Below, one piece after another: positions 52,145-64,000 of a stretch of 64,000 bases of DNA (positions are counted from its first letter, which is position 1; each line of letters opens with the position of its first letter). The position numbers were made by a program, and so were the translations under genes. This stretch comes from Antedon mediterranea (taxonomy: Eukaryota; Animalia; Echinodermata): contig NC_092672.1 of the NCBI RefSeq assembly GCF_964355755.1, positions 21,155,237-21,219,236 on the forward strand. The letters are read 5' to 3'. The notes below the pieces were generated by a model. The model worked only from the letters and a program-made list of their open reading frames with translations. It was not told the DNA's origin and searched no databases.

Positions 52145-53421
52145 TTAACTGTCTACTTGCCCTCATTTTAAAATTAGTTTGTCATAACATGTTTATATAT
52201 ACAGCCATGAAAAATAGGAATACCAATACCAAAAATATAAAAAGATGGGATTTATAATTTAATGAATAGAGCACTCAAACAGACAGAGGAAACATTTTTG
52301 TTTTTGGTTATGCATTTTGTTTACCGTCAATACCCACATTCTGGATTTCTATAGTACATTTATCTTTCCAGTTCATATTTTATACATACAAATTGAGAAC
52401 CACCAATTCATCACCATTTCCACTTACATTAAAGCAATAATTTGTATAGTATGTTTTTATGGTGAACTATTATAATTTTATTTAAAGCAATTTTAGATAA
52501 AAGCTATGCATAGAAATCTTTTGAATTGCAATAAATAAACACATGACCTTTTTGTACGACATTTAAAAAAGGCATTATACTAGTAATAGTGAACAAAAAC
52601 TATGATGCCAAGTTGGTGCTCGAGGCAGAAATGTGTTTAAGAATTGTTGTATTTTTTGAAAAATCAGTGGATCAAAAATATTTAAAAAACAATAATTAAA
52701 ATGAAGTTGCAACAATTTGAATATCATTTATTAGTAGGAATGTACAAAAGCCCTAAACTCATACTTACAATGATTATACTGCAATATTACAGTGAGAGCT
52801 CACACATTTCATTTTACATACACATGCACTTGAAAATGAAATGAAAGTTACACAATGATGACACATTATCTTCAAAACAAATGTAAATGTACTTTACAAT
52901 TGTTTCTCCACTTAACTGTTTTCATAGTCACATTATTATCATTTATATGGGACTGTTTTGTACTACAATACTTTATGCTGTTATCAAAATGACTTTATAC
53001 TATACTGCAATATTTACATTGATCTTCTGTTCTGGTGAAGTAGACCCTATCATAGAGGCTTACACTATGTATATCAAGGTCTACTCGCCCTAATTTGGCC
53101 AACATTTTCGGCCGCTATAAATGTATTGGCCACGAAACATTAATTACATTACTCAAAATTTGTCTAGATAGTCTAGTTAGTTTTAGATAGTTTTCCCTTT
53201 CTTCATTTATATATTCACTTAGAAAAACTTGCCTCAAATACCTGTCTGAACTCAATGAAATGTGAAATGTTATTTTAAACTTTTTTTCTGTATTTAAGTT
53301 TATTTAATTTTTACACTTTAGGGGTGTCATACTTTATTTCATCGTTCACACCAACAGTTGATTGAATGTAATGTTTAAATATTATCTACTCAACAAAAAT
53401 ATGTTCCATTTGTATAATTTA

Positions 53422-54876
53422 TCTATATATAAATTTACGTAAGGGCAAAATTCGATAAATCGCGGTTTATTTCTAGAATTTTTTTTCGATTTTATATAAA
53501 GTTGGTTCGTACTTTCGGTACTCATTTTAACCATCTGATGTAACCCTGTTTACTAATTAAATTGAGTTAAATAATTAGTTATTGACGATTAAAACGAATT
53601 TAGGTTCAACGATTTGCCCCAAATAGGGGTGTTTCGTGGTTGTGGTATACACTGTCTGATGGATGTCAATCTTAAAAAATACCTGCACACAATAATACAA
53701 GGATGCTTCGCATTTTCCTATCTCATCCTACGATAACTGTTTTTAATAGCTGAAAACCGGTTGAACAGCTCGAGTACAGCATCATAATATTGAAGACAGG
53801 TTGATTTTCTTTAAAAAATACTATTTTGATAGATTTAATATACGTTTATGCAAATGTTTTGATCTGCGATAAATGGAACATTCCAATCTCTGTTCCACAA
53901 GTTTCTAATCCCCTCAGGCGTAGTAAAGACAAGTACAGTCATAACAGAAATTCGATCCATTTTTTTTTTCTATCTGTGTTGCAGAGGTTGGATAAAGGTA
54001 TTTTTTTAACGGATTATGAGCTAGCCTTTCCAGTCGTCTTCTATTATGTACAATCAACTTTATTATTGCAGTTAAACCACCATCCACACCACCACCCTCC
54101 CCTCACTGGCATGAGTAGCGTTGTAAAGCCAGTAGAGGACAGGCTTACAGTACGAAGGATCGCATGCCCTAAACGCAGAACAACTTTGATGGTTAGGAAC
54201 CAACTTAAGTATGAATTGGCTCTCAGAAACAATTGAAAACCATTAGGCCTACTAATTAAGTTGAGTTAGATAATTATCTATTGACGATTAAAGCGAATTT
54301 ACGATTTTCCCCAAATAGAGGTGTTTACTTTATTACTGACAGTTCCTTCTGAACGTTTGTATTAATTAATAATGTAATTAGTGATGTATCGTTACATGTA
54401 GGCCTACTGTACTATTTCAATCGACTATGACTGTGACAGTTTCAACAAAGTATTAAATTGCAATGTTTTACTGTGTTTAGTGTAGGCCCTATATTATTTG
54501 TAAAACATGAAAACAATTAATATTTCGTTACTAAATGGATAAAGAATACATTTAAAAATTGTTCGTCTTTGCACCCATCTTTTTCCTCATCCATCAACCA
54601 TAATGTTACATACAAAATACAAATTCAGTTTGTTACAAAACAATTGGTCTTATTTCGCTTTCGGAAGTAATTCCCAGGGTGCTAATTTTAGTTGAGTACA
54701 TAAATCACCGTGTCTATTTATTCGTTCCTGTAAACGACATGTATTATTGTCGGGTCCTGCATGTACATTTGAAGTCACCAGTTTTTTAACGCTGAAATCA
54801 CTATTATATATGTATTCGAGAACCATCTGTGGGCACGACCTAGATGGTACGCGAGCGAAGCGAGCGTACCATCTAG
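53422..54876 (+). mobile_element. Non-autonomous Helitron, copy 3 (both ends present)
   Basis: A|TC start; 3' hairpin ggtacgcGAgcGAAgcGAgcgtacc followed by CTAG|T. Confidence 0.9.
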
Positions 54877-56113
54877 TAGTAATAAATTAATAAACCTTAC
54901 ATTATTCTTTCTTTGCGCATCTAAATACCTTATAAAGTATGAATACACATGTGGTTGATAACCACAATAAAATAAAATATAGATAAATTGGCCAGACATG
55001 ACATACATGTTCTTTTAATTCTAATTGGTACACATACTGGCCCACATCTTTCTGTTTCACTACATCATACTGGTCCTGCCAGTTGAATCTATTTCTACAG
55101 AGCAATCTCACTATTTAAACAAATTCCGAAACTTATTTAAAAGGTGAGATTCTATGGTGTTTTCTGTCTGCAAATAACTTTATCAATTCCAATAATTCAG
55201 ACATCAATGAATAAAAATAAACAAGAAATAATTTTTACTGTAAAAAAAGACTTTCTGAGATAACAGTTTTAATTATTGTTCTTTCTTCATTAAATGATAT
55301 TTTCTAAATTGTTATTCTATTTAATAATTTAAGAAATAAAGATTTATTATCAATTATTATTGTTTAAAAAACAGTAGTAAACATTTTGTGTAACATAAAT
55401 ATAGTTTAAATTACTATAGACTATAGTACTATACATATTCCTAGTGGCATTACTCCCTAAGGTTGGAGTGACCCACTCATACCCACAAACATTTCAGTGA
55501 ACAAAAAATGTATAATTTTCCATGAGCTTTTGTTGTACAGCAGCAGCCGACAAACATACACACTAATCAAACAATTGTCATCTATATACACCCCATTCGG
55601 CAAAAATATTTACCATAGAGAAAGGATTGTTTTGACCATTATTCAATGATATATATGATGGTAATTATACTTGGCCTCTATGTTGACAGCCAAAACACAG
55701 TTACTGTTTTTGTTGGAAGAATTTCATCTGGTTGTGGAATAGGTATTACATAAAATTTCTTTTTGAACAACCAAAAATAGTATAAGCAAACTTACAGTAC
55801 GTTTCGAAACCTATCAGGTTTCATTCTCAACTGGCGTTTCATCGTCTAGCGTTGTTAATCCCATGACGACGATGAGTTGGTATAGCGCCACCAATAGGTC
55901 CAAAAGGACTATTTCGATGACATTCTTGCCAGCATTCCCTTGCATGCAGCTACTTATCTAAACAATCACTTAAACAACATTGATACTACCCAAAATTAAA
56001 TTTCAAGTCAAATCACCCATTACAACACAAACTCAGTGTTATTAATACGCTTGTGGACAGATGTGAAAACATAGTTTCAACACCTGAAGGACAGAAACAG
56101 GAATTGGATCACA

Positions 56114-56815
56114 TACCCAGATTGGACATTCAAGAAGGTAGAAAAACAACGACTCCAAAAACAGCAACGACAGCTTGATCAAAATCGCAGCAAAGGTACA
56201 ACATCTACTAAAGAAAAGTCACGTTGCAACATCGGGATCCCATACACTAAAGGTCTGTCTGAACGCATAAAAAGAGTTTTCAACCAATATCAAATTGACA
56301 CCTTTTTCATCCCATCTAATAAGATCAGGCAAAACCTCGTTCATCCGAAAGACCGCATCGAAAAAGACCAAGTATGCGGTTGCATCTACAAACTACAATG
56401 TTTGAACTGTCCACAAGCTTACATAGGGGAAACAGGGAGGGCTTTAAAAATACGCATAAAAGAACATCGCACAGACACAGAAAACAACACGGGAGGGATA
56501 TTAACCAGGGCTCAAAGATCGTCTACATCATCAATCGTACATAAATCTGCAATAACAGATCATGCACTACAACACAATCACCTCATTGATTGGAACGCTG
56601 CTATCCTTGAGAAAGAATGCAACACTCAAAAAAGGCAAATAAAAGAATCGATCAACATCAGAAAACATGGAAAAATCATGAACAGAGATGAAGGAGCCCA
56701 CGAATTGTCACACATTTATGATCAACTATTGGAGAAGGGGGCACGTCCTTTTGGACCTATTGGTGGCGCTATACCAACTCATCGTCGTCATGGGATTAAC
56801 AACGCTAGACGATGA
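56114..56815 (+). pseudogene. Penelope linker plus GIY-YIG endonuclease (intact reading frame in a truncated element)
   Basis: CIYKLQCLNCPQAYIGETGRALKIRIKEH..SAITDH...NHLIDW..RQIKESINI..MNRDEG. Confidence 0.9.
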
Positions 56816-56865
56816 AACGCCAGTTGAGAATGAAACCTGATAGGTTTCGAAACGTACTGTAAGTT
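56816..56865 (+). ncRNA. Minimal hammerhead-ribozyme-like motif of the Penelope pLTR (second copy inverted at ~55789-55838)
   Basis: cag-TTGAGAA-t-gaaacct(gat)aggtttc-GAAAC-GTA-ctg: variant core, 7-bp helix II, minimal helix III. Confidence 0.65.
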
Positions 56866-57103
56866 CGCTTATACTATTTTTGGTTGTTCAAAAAGAAATT
56901 TTATGTAATACAGTTATTGTTTATTGAACATAGGTCTTACAAACTAATGTCTGCATACTGTACATATCTCAAGACCCTCTGTGCACATGCCCAGTTTGAG
57001 TTTACAAATTCCCATTTAGACTTTCTTACCAGACATGCTTTGGGGTGTGCTCATGCCCAGCTTGTGTTTCTAAATACCCATTTTTTCAGCCTCAGTAATC
57101 TAT

Positions 57104-58025
57104 TATACAAATAATGAATGTTTATGAGTGTAATGGTACAAATTATGGCACGATGTGAATGATGAAAAGTTATATCAACGAGGCAAAGCCGAGTTGATAT
57201 AACCTTTCATCATTCACCAAGTGCCATTATTTGTACCATTACACGAATACAAAACATTCATTATTTGTTTTATATAACATCTAAATAAATTCTAGTTATT
57301 TGAATCAAATAAAAGGTAGCCCTACCCTAGCCAAAGCTTACTACATTTCATTCACACACATTGATTAAAAACAGTAACATTTGGTTTTTAATAATGTTAT
57401 ATTAAATGTTATATTTATATGGATTTCGTAAACACACCTATTTTTGTGTTAATTATGTCAACAAACGACCAAACAATCCTAGGCCTAGCAAGGCTAAAAC
57501 GCCTAGGCTAGGCCTAGCCTAAATACTAGCATGGCCTAGGCTAGGTCTAGTAGCCTAGTACTAGCTTGGCTGAAAGGCAAAACTTCGACAGACAATTGGA
57601 ACTTATCTAAGCTAATTATGGTTTTTCCAACAATTCCACGTCTTGTAGGGATGTCCCCATTAATTAATCAAAATCCTAAAAACGATCTAAAGCTAATTTA
57701 AATGCCTTTTTGAATGAAATTAGTACATAATGTCCAAATCGTACACAAATATCTGCTGCTGTTGCATATCTCGCGGTGGTGTTTACAAATGAAACTGAGA
57801 CCAGACGACAGGTGGCGCTGTTGTATTTCACAGTACAATAGCCATATCATATAGGATAATTAGTGTACTAGATTTTTTTTCATCCGCGAGACGTTTTTTT
57901 TTCGTACACAAAAATGTTTCAAAAAGTACTATTTAACGATCGTTGAATAGTGCGTACTATTGCACGCCATGTGACCCACATTCGTCCAATCAAATGACAG
58001 GAATTTATATAGGTGTTATATAATA
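57104..58025 (+). mobile_element. ~920-bp non-coding element with a long terminal hairpin, copy 1 (Crypton-like non-autonomous, tentative)
   Basis: Hairpin 57104-~57270 with loop GAGGCAAAGCCGA; internal ttatataaca/tgttatataa inverted motifs; reverse complement of 59186-60109. Confidence 0.7.
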
Positions 58026-58836
58026 TAAGCTTCTGCATGGCTAATGCTTCCGTTCTCTTGAATGTAACTGCCTAAAGGACTGGTGCGAAAATTATTGTTT
58101 ACTTTTGAAAATTAACTTTTTTATTTATTTTATTTACTGAAGTATAAAAAATGTTGATGGGATAAGCAATGATTATGGAACATACAGCACTATATTTGTT
58201 TATTGGTATACTCCTGGTGAGCATGGTCTACTAGGAAAGTTTTAGCCTCAGTGAATATTATTCACATCCTATACACAATATATTGAACTTTTTGTCTTCA
58301 ATGTTCATCAAAATAATATATTAATATCAGATTAATTATTTTTGTTTTAAATTAGTTATATAGGATTTATATAATTTTTTATTAGATAATTGTTAGTTGC
58401 ATTAAATTTGTTTGAAATGTCAGTATGTATACATATGAATAAATAATGTTTATTATTTCTTTTATAATTACTGTATAATGTCTTATTTCCAGTGATTGTT
58501 TTTGTTATATCCTTGAAATAAAAAGAATATAATATTTTTTTTGGTGTAAATTTTAATCATTTTAATAAGTCAATTCAATAAATATAAAACACAAATAATA
58601 AAGATGTTATAAAATCTATTAAAATGTATAAATTTTAATATTTTTTACATTGATATGCATCAGCCAAACCTTCACCCACTTTAAAGACAGGCTTGAGCTA
58701 TCCAGGGAGGTATGAAAATGGTCATCGTATTTCTAAAAACTGTCCATTTGATCTAACAAATTAAAAAAATGAAAACATGTTTATACATATCTGTTATGTG
58801 GTTCAAAAAGATGTCTAAAATTAACTTGTTTATCTA

Positions 58837-58922
58837 TTTTAGTCATGTGCAACGTGACTCTACAGCTCACTATGTTGGTCGGTTGGTGAACACTAACTCA
58901 AATTTGTATATGGCCTTGTTTT
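58837..58922 (+). mobile_element. Short HINE-like element
   Basis: ttttagtcatgtgcaacgtgactctacagctcactatgttggtcgg..ggccttgtt, same family as 13072 and 25487. Confidence 0.7.
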
Positions 58923-59185
58923 TTTATCAGATTAAACTCAACATTAATATTGTTACAATCAATATTTAGACTAACGTGTGTACGTCAAACCTCTTGAAAC
59001 GGACAATGTTTTGTTGGTACACTAACAAATTTTTCTTTAGAATAGTGCAGACCATTATCTCTGATATTATAAAATAATAGATTTGCATTACAGACAAAAT
59101 AATATTCCATGTGCAAGGCTTCCAATTGAAATGAAAGTACCAAAGCAATCGATAAAATATGATATACTACACTCACAATAACTTG

Positions 59186-60109
59186 TATTATATAACACCT
59201 AAATAAATTCCTGTCATTTGATTGGACGATTGTGGGTCACATGGCGTGCAATAGTACGCACTATTAAACGATCGTTTAATAGTACTTTTTGAAACATTTT
59301 TGTGTACGAAAAAAAAACGTCTCACGGATGAAAAAAAATCTAGTACACAAATTATCCTATGATATGGCTCTGTACGTACTGTGAAATACAACAGCGCCAC
59401 CTGTCGTCTGGTCTCAGTTTCATTTGTAAACACCACCGCGAGATATGCAACAGCTGCAGATATTTGTGTACGATTTGGACATTATGTACTAATTTCATTC
59501 AAAAAGGCATTTAAATTAGCTTTAGATCGTTTTTAGGATTTTGATTAATTAATGGGGACATCCCTACAAGACGTGGAATTGTTGGAAAAACCATAATTAG
59601 CTTAGATAAGTTCCAATTGTCTGTCGAAGTTTTGCCTTTCAGCCAAGCTAGTACTACTAGCTAGGCTACTAGGTCTAGCCTAGGCCATGCTAGTATTAGG
59701 CTAGGCCTAGCCTAGGCGTTTGAGCCTTGCTAGGCCTAGGATTGTTTGGTCGTTTGTTGACATAATTAACACAAAAGTAGGTGTGTTTATGAAATCCATA
59801 TAAATATAACATTTAATATAAAATTATTAAACACCAAATGTTACTGTTTTTAATCAATGTGTGTGAAGGAAATGTAGTAATCTTTGGCTAGGGCTACCTT
59901 TTATTTGATTCAAATAACTAGAATTTATTTAGATGTTATATAAAACAAATAATGAATGTTTTGTATTCGTGTAATGGTACAAATAATGGCACTTGGTGAA
60001 TGATGAAAGGTTATATCAACGAGGCAACGCCGAGTTGATATAACCTTTCATCATTCACCAAGTGCCATTATTTGTACCATTACACTCATAAACATTCATT
60101 ATTTGTATA
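59186..60109 (-). mobile_element. ~920-bp hairpin-ended element, copy 2 (inverted)
   Basis: Highly similar inverted copy of 57104-58025, with a perfect 52-bp stem around the loop at 60021-60033. Confidence 0.7.
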
Positions 60110-60513
60110 CTAGCTAATGCCACCATCACACCATAGAGCAATGAACTAAGGATAATTTAAATATATTGAAGTTTTAAACATGCCCCTGAAAGTAAAAGTT
60201 TGTACACCAAACCAATCCAGTAATTTAATATTTAAACAATATTCAATAAAAAAAAAGTTAAATAATTTAAATACCAGGCAACAACATTTTTATGTAAAAA
60301 CTGGAATAATAATAAAAATGTATACAAAAGTAGAAATAAAATTTAAAAAAGCTAATTTGATAGTATTTGTGTGCATTGCGTATATGATCACACAGCAAAT
60401 ACAAGTTACAAATTGAATTTGAAAATTGACACTTAATGGATGTATAATTATATAAAATATTAATTAACCAATAAATATGTAAAAGATGTAACTTGTATGA
60501 TTTTATATTTTAG

Positions 60514-60612
60514 GTTGGACGCTCAGCTTTGCATTTGGCAGCTCTGGCAGGTCACCCAGCCTGCTGTAACCTGCTGGTTGATGCAGGGTCAGACATCAAT
60601 ATCCAAGACATA
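60514..60612 (+). CDS. Ankyrin-repeat exon (one 33-aa repeat, phase 0-0)
   Basis: ttttag|99 nt|gtaagt; encodes VGRSALHLAALAGHPACCNLLVDAGSDINIQDI. Confidence 0.95.
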
Positions 60613-62662
60613 GTAAGTTATACATTCTTTCATAGTCATATTTTTTTATATTTTGTATTTTAAATATAATGATCTTTTGAGTAGTAATATCTGCATGTTA
60701 TAATGCTATTTAATGTTTTTATTTAACTGTATTGATGCTAGAATTGGGATTATTTGAAGTTTTTCAATATATTTTTTTCTCTGATATTTAGTCATAAAAA
60801 TTGCTATGACACTATACATTTTGTCATGTTTAAACATTTCCATTGAACTCTTTATAAAACAATGAAAACTACAGCAACATACTATTGAAATATAATCCTT
60901 ATTCCAAAGTGTAGATATACAGTAATTAAGTCGGAATTATGTACACTTCTATTACACAAAATTTCAATTTTTTTTAGTTCATTTTCACAAAACTGTTTAA
61001 TAACTTTTGAAAAACTATGATTCTACCTATATATCACAGAGGTACAAATGATCAAAGATGCTAGTAGATAGACATATTGACTGTATTCATTTACTTTATA
61101 ATTATCATCATACTCATTTGCCATACTCTCCTTTATTCCTTTCAACAACATCACCACCAACTCCAACCACCTCCTGGTTATAGTCACCACCACCAATCCC
61201 AAGAATGATGATGCAGAATTTGGTTGAGAGCTAAAGTGATCTTTTAATACACACCACAATTATAGTTCTTTGTTATTAGGTTGTAATTATTTTTTCCATA
61301 TACAATACAAGATACAGATAGTATATCTGCCACATTTATTCTTTATACTCAGGATTAACAAACATAAATAAAACTGAAATAGCGGCACAAATATAATTTT
61401 GTAAGTTATTTACCGTACCTAGTTTTTAACAAATCACCTTACATAATAATTACAGTATCAAACCACCATTACAATGTCATACAAAATGTAAAAATAAACA
61501 AATCATCATTAGCATAACTAGGTGATGATTTGGAATATTTTTAGTCTATTCAAAAAGATGTTTATTTCTTAACATTTATTTAAATATACACACACACATA
61601 GTAAATTATAGTAAATACACAATACAAATAAAGGGAAATTGTTTAACACTAAACAACCTACATTAGAGGTGAAAAACAACAAAGAAAAACAAGAAAGTTG
61701 AACTAGACTTAAATGTTATACACAACTGTAACAATTTCAGAGTGTATCCAACATTTAACATTATGAAATATTTTAGACCACTGACAATGGTGATCACCAG
61801 TGCTTTGCAAAGTCTGCAGTTGCACTTTATCATGTTTTATTCATTCATATTTATCTCAATCATCCAACTTTATCAAACAAAACATTTTTGAGGATAAACA
61901 TACAGTAGCTATATGTAAGGTTCAACTTTAATAATTTTAAGTTTAACATTTTCTAACATTAATGTTAAAAGATTACTTTTAAAAGAACTTATATAGACAA
62001 ATTTCAAATTTCAGTACAAGCTATTTAACAAAAATATATATGCCAAGTTATTGTAGCATAACTTTATATTTTAATCAATGGATGTAAATGACTTTGCATA
62101 TATAAATGTATTACAATTGTTTATAAACTCTTCATTGTTGTAGATTCTATTTCAGTACAACCTTTTTTTAAACTAATATTGACCTTGGTTCGTCCTTTGT
62201 TTCAGTTGGATATGGTCTTTTTTTTTCAATTTACATTATTGATTTGATTTAGACCAATTTCATACACATTTAGCAATAATTTTTTCATTTTTTAACTAAT
62301 AATATGCATAGAAAATGTTTATTTTACTACTACAATACCACATTAAGTGATTCTTTTATTAACTTTTTTATGGCTTTAACAAGCTGAATTCTGTCATGAG
62401 ACCAATATAATATTCATATTCATATTCATATTCATTTATTATCCAGAAAAATAATACAAAAACAATACAAAAAGCATATATTACATAGAACAACAACAAT
62501 AGTCTTATAATACACAATAAATTTCTATTGATCGTACATTCTAATAATATATTGATCCATAATTTCCCCTATGTTTCATAATTTTTTTTATTTTATTGTG
62601 CTACAATAAAGGAAAAATAAACGGTGTGGTCAAAAATATTACCAGATGACTAAATATATGTA

Positions 62663-63184
62663 ATATAATAACGTTTACGTTTCTGGTGTTTTTATGCAAT
62701 TTCAAATTTTTATTTTTGTGCTGTAGTTTAGTAAAACTAAATTTATCTTACCGGTTCCACCCTTTAAGAGAGAAAGGTCCTACTTCCCTTCCCTTGTAGT
62801 AGAGCACCATATCAAGAATGTTAAATAACGGGCAAGAGACGTAAATACTAAAATTGCTTGTTACAAACACTTTATTCACAGTACACATATATGGCTAAAT
62901 GCATATATAACAATATTACTATAAGCCCAATAGTATACAGCCACATATGTAAGGAAAACTAGCTCCAGCTTGATATTTGTGCCAAAATAGATTTTATTGG
63001 CTAACTTTGTTATTCTTGAGTTGCTGAATTCCAAAAAATTAGGTGCCATTTTTTTCGACCACTCCTTCAAAATGGCCGACATCCCACACTAAACGTTGTC
63101 ATCCATGGTATCATCGGAAAGGGAATGTAATACTGATCATTTTATCCAATTAAATCTATTATAAAAAAATGCATAGTTACATAG
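62663..63184 (+). repeat. Duplication block C (other copy 27436-27955)
   Basis: Colinear match that ends at a CATAG junction with block A. Confidence 0.92.
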
Positions 63185-64000
63185 ATGAAATACCCCTTGT
63201 AGCATTTCAAAGATATCATTTTTGATAAATGAATTTGACAATTATTGAAACCATTAGAGATCAGATGGTCATCAAACTTATATAAATAAAAAATGGAAAA
63301 ACCAATACAATAGATCTTTAGTCTGCTTTATGGCATATTTAACTGTCTGCTGACTGCATATTTAAACATTGATGATTGTTAGAATTCAAATTATTAATGG
63401 TGGGCTTATACTTAACATAGGTCTACTTTACTGTGAAAACAGGATGCTGGTCAACTCATCACTAAAATACTTTGATAACAATTAGTATATCAAGACTTAA
63501 ATATTATGAAGAGGGAAGCTTGAATGCCACTATTATTCCAAAATAGGGATAAGCTGCTGTGTAGTGTTTATATGACATGTTCAGTTTTTAAATTCACTAG
63601 TAAATAATAAACCTTCTTAGTTTCTGTCTAATAGCATTACTGCTAATGCAGCATATTAAAGTTTAAATTTCTAAATTAGATAATTTATTGTACTATACAT
63701 CACAGCCACTGATCATAACTGGGCCCTCTTGGAGACCAGTCTTTGACTGAAGAGGTTGCCCAGTATAAACAAAATATTTTAATTTCAATAATGACACGTC
63801 AACCAGTAATTTTGATCAAAACAAATTTAAGGCAAATGTACTGTACATTACTTTACATATAGTCTACTCGCCCTAATTTGCTAAACATTTTAGCAGCTAG
63901 AAATATTGCCACATAATTTTTTTTGGGTAAAAAATGTGTATTTTTTTTTTCGTCCAATGTTGAGAGTGGCCTAACAACAATGAAATCCATAAATCATAAA
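63180..64000 (+). repeat. Segmental duplication block A (other copy 78-898), running off the window
   Basis: Near-identical direct repeat of 78-898. Confidence 0.95.

Larger units (their letters stand above)
55743..56911 (+). mobile_element. 5'-truncated Penelope-like element with inverted pLTR
   Basis: 167-bp inverted repeats at 55743-55909 and 56745-56911. RT relics YFDDIL and NFKSNHPLQHKLSVINTLVDR; linker GIPYTKGLSERIKR..HPKD. Confidence 0.93.

Noticed and set aside
53826-54236. 136-aa ORF with a His/Pro run
   Set aside because: Spans Helitron sequence and filler, has a non-ATG start and no domain motif.

Overview
AT-rich, TE-dense metazoan genomic DNA. The repeat families suggest a marine invertebrate, possibly an echinoderm, but this is inference. 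The only host gene visible is a + strand ankyrin-repeat gene with one repeat per 99-nt phase-0 exon (19497-19595, 60514-60612, plus a partial exon ending at 1290), separated by ~18 and ~41 kb introns. The introns hold a young full-length BEL/Pao LTR retrotransposon, a mini Gypsy element nested in a LINE, a Penelope element with inverted pLTRs, a 5S/tRNA/Deu SINE, Helitron and Helentron derivatives, a nested Harbinger/MULE stack, a hAT relic and several duplicated intron blocks. Most unusual signals: (1) the BEL element has no tRNA PBS but has a Tf1-like self-priming layout; (2) an inverted pair of ~920-bp elements carries its terminal hairpin loop in flip and flop orientations; (3) recurrent TA-N(2-4)-TA micro-insertions look like transposon excision footprints; (4) exon-intron modules of the ankyrin gene appear to be duplicating. 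All identities quoted are by-eye estimates.
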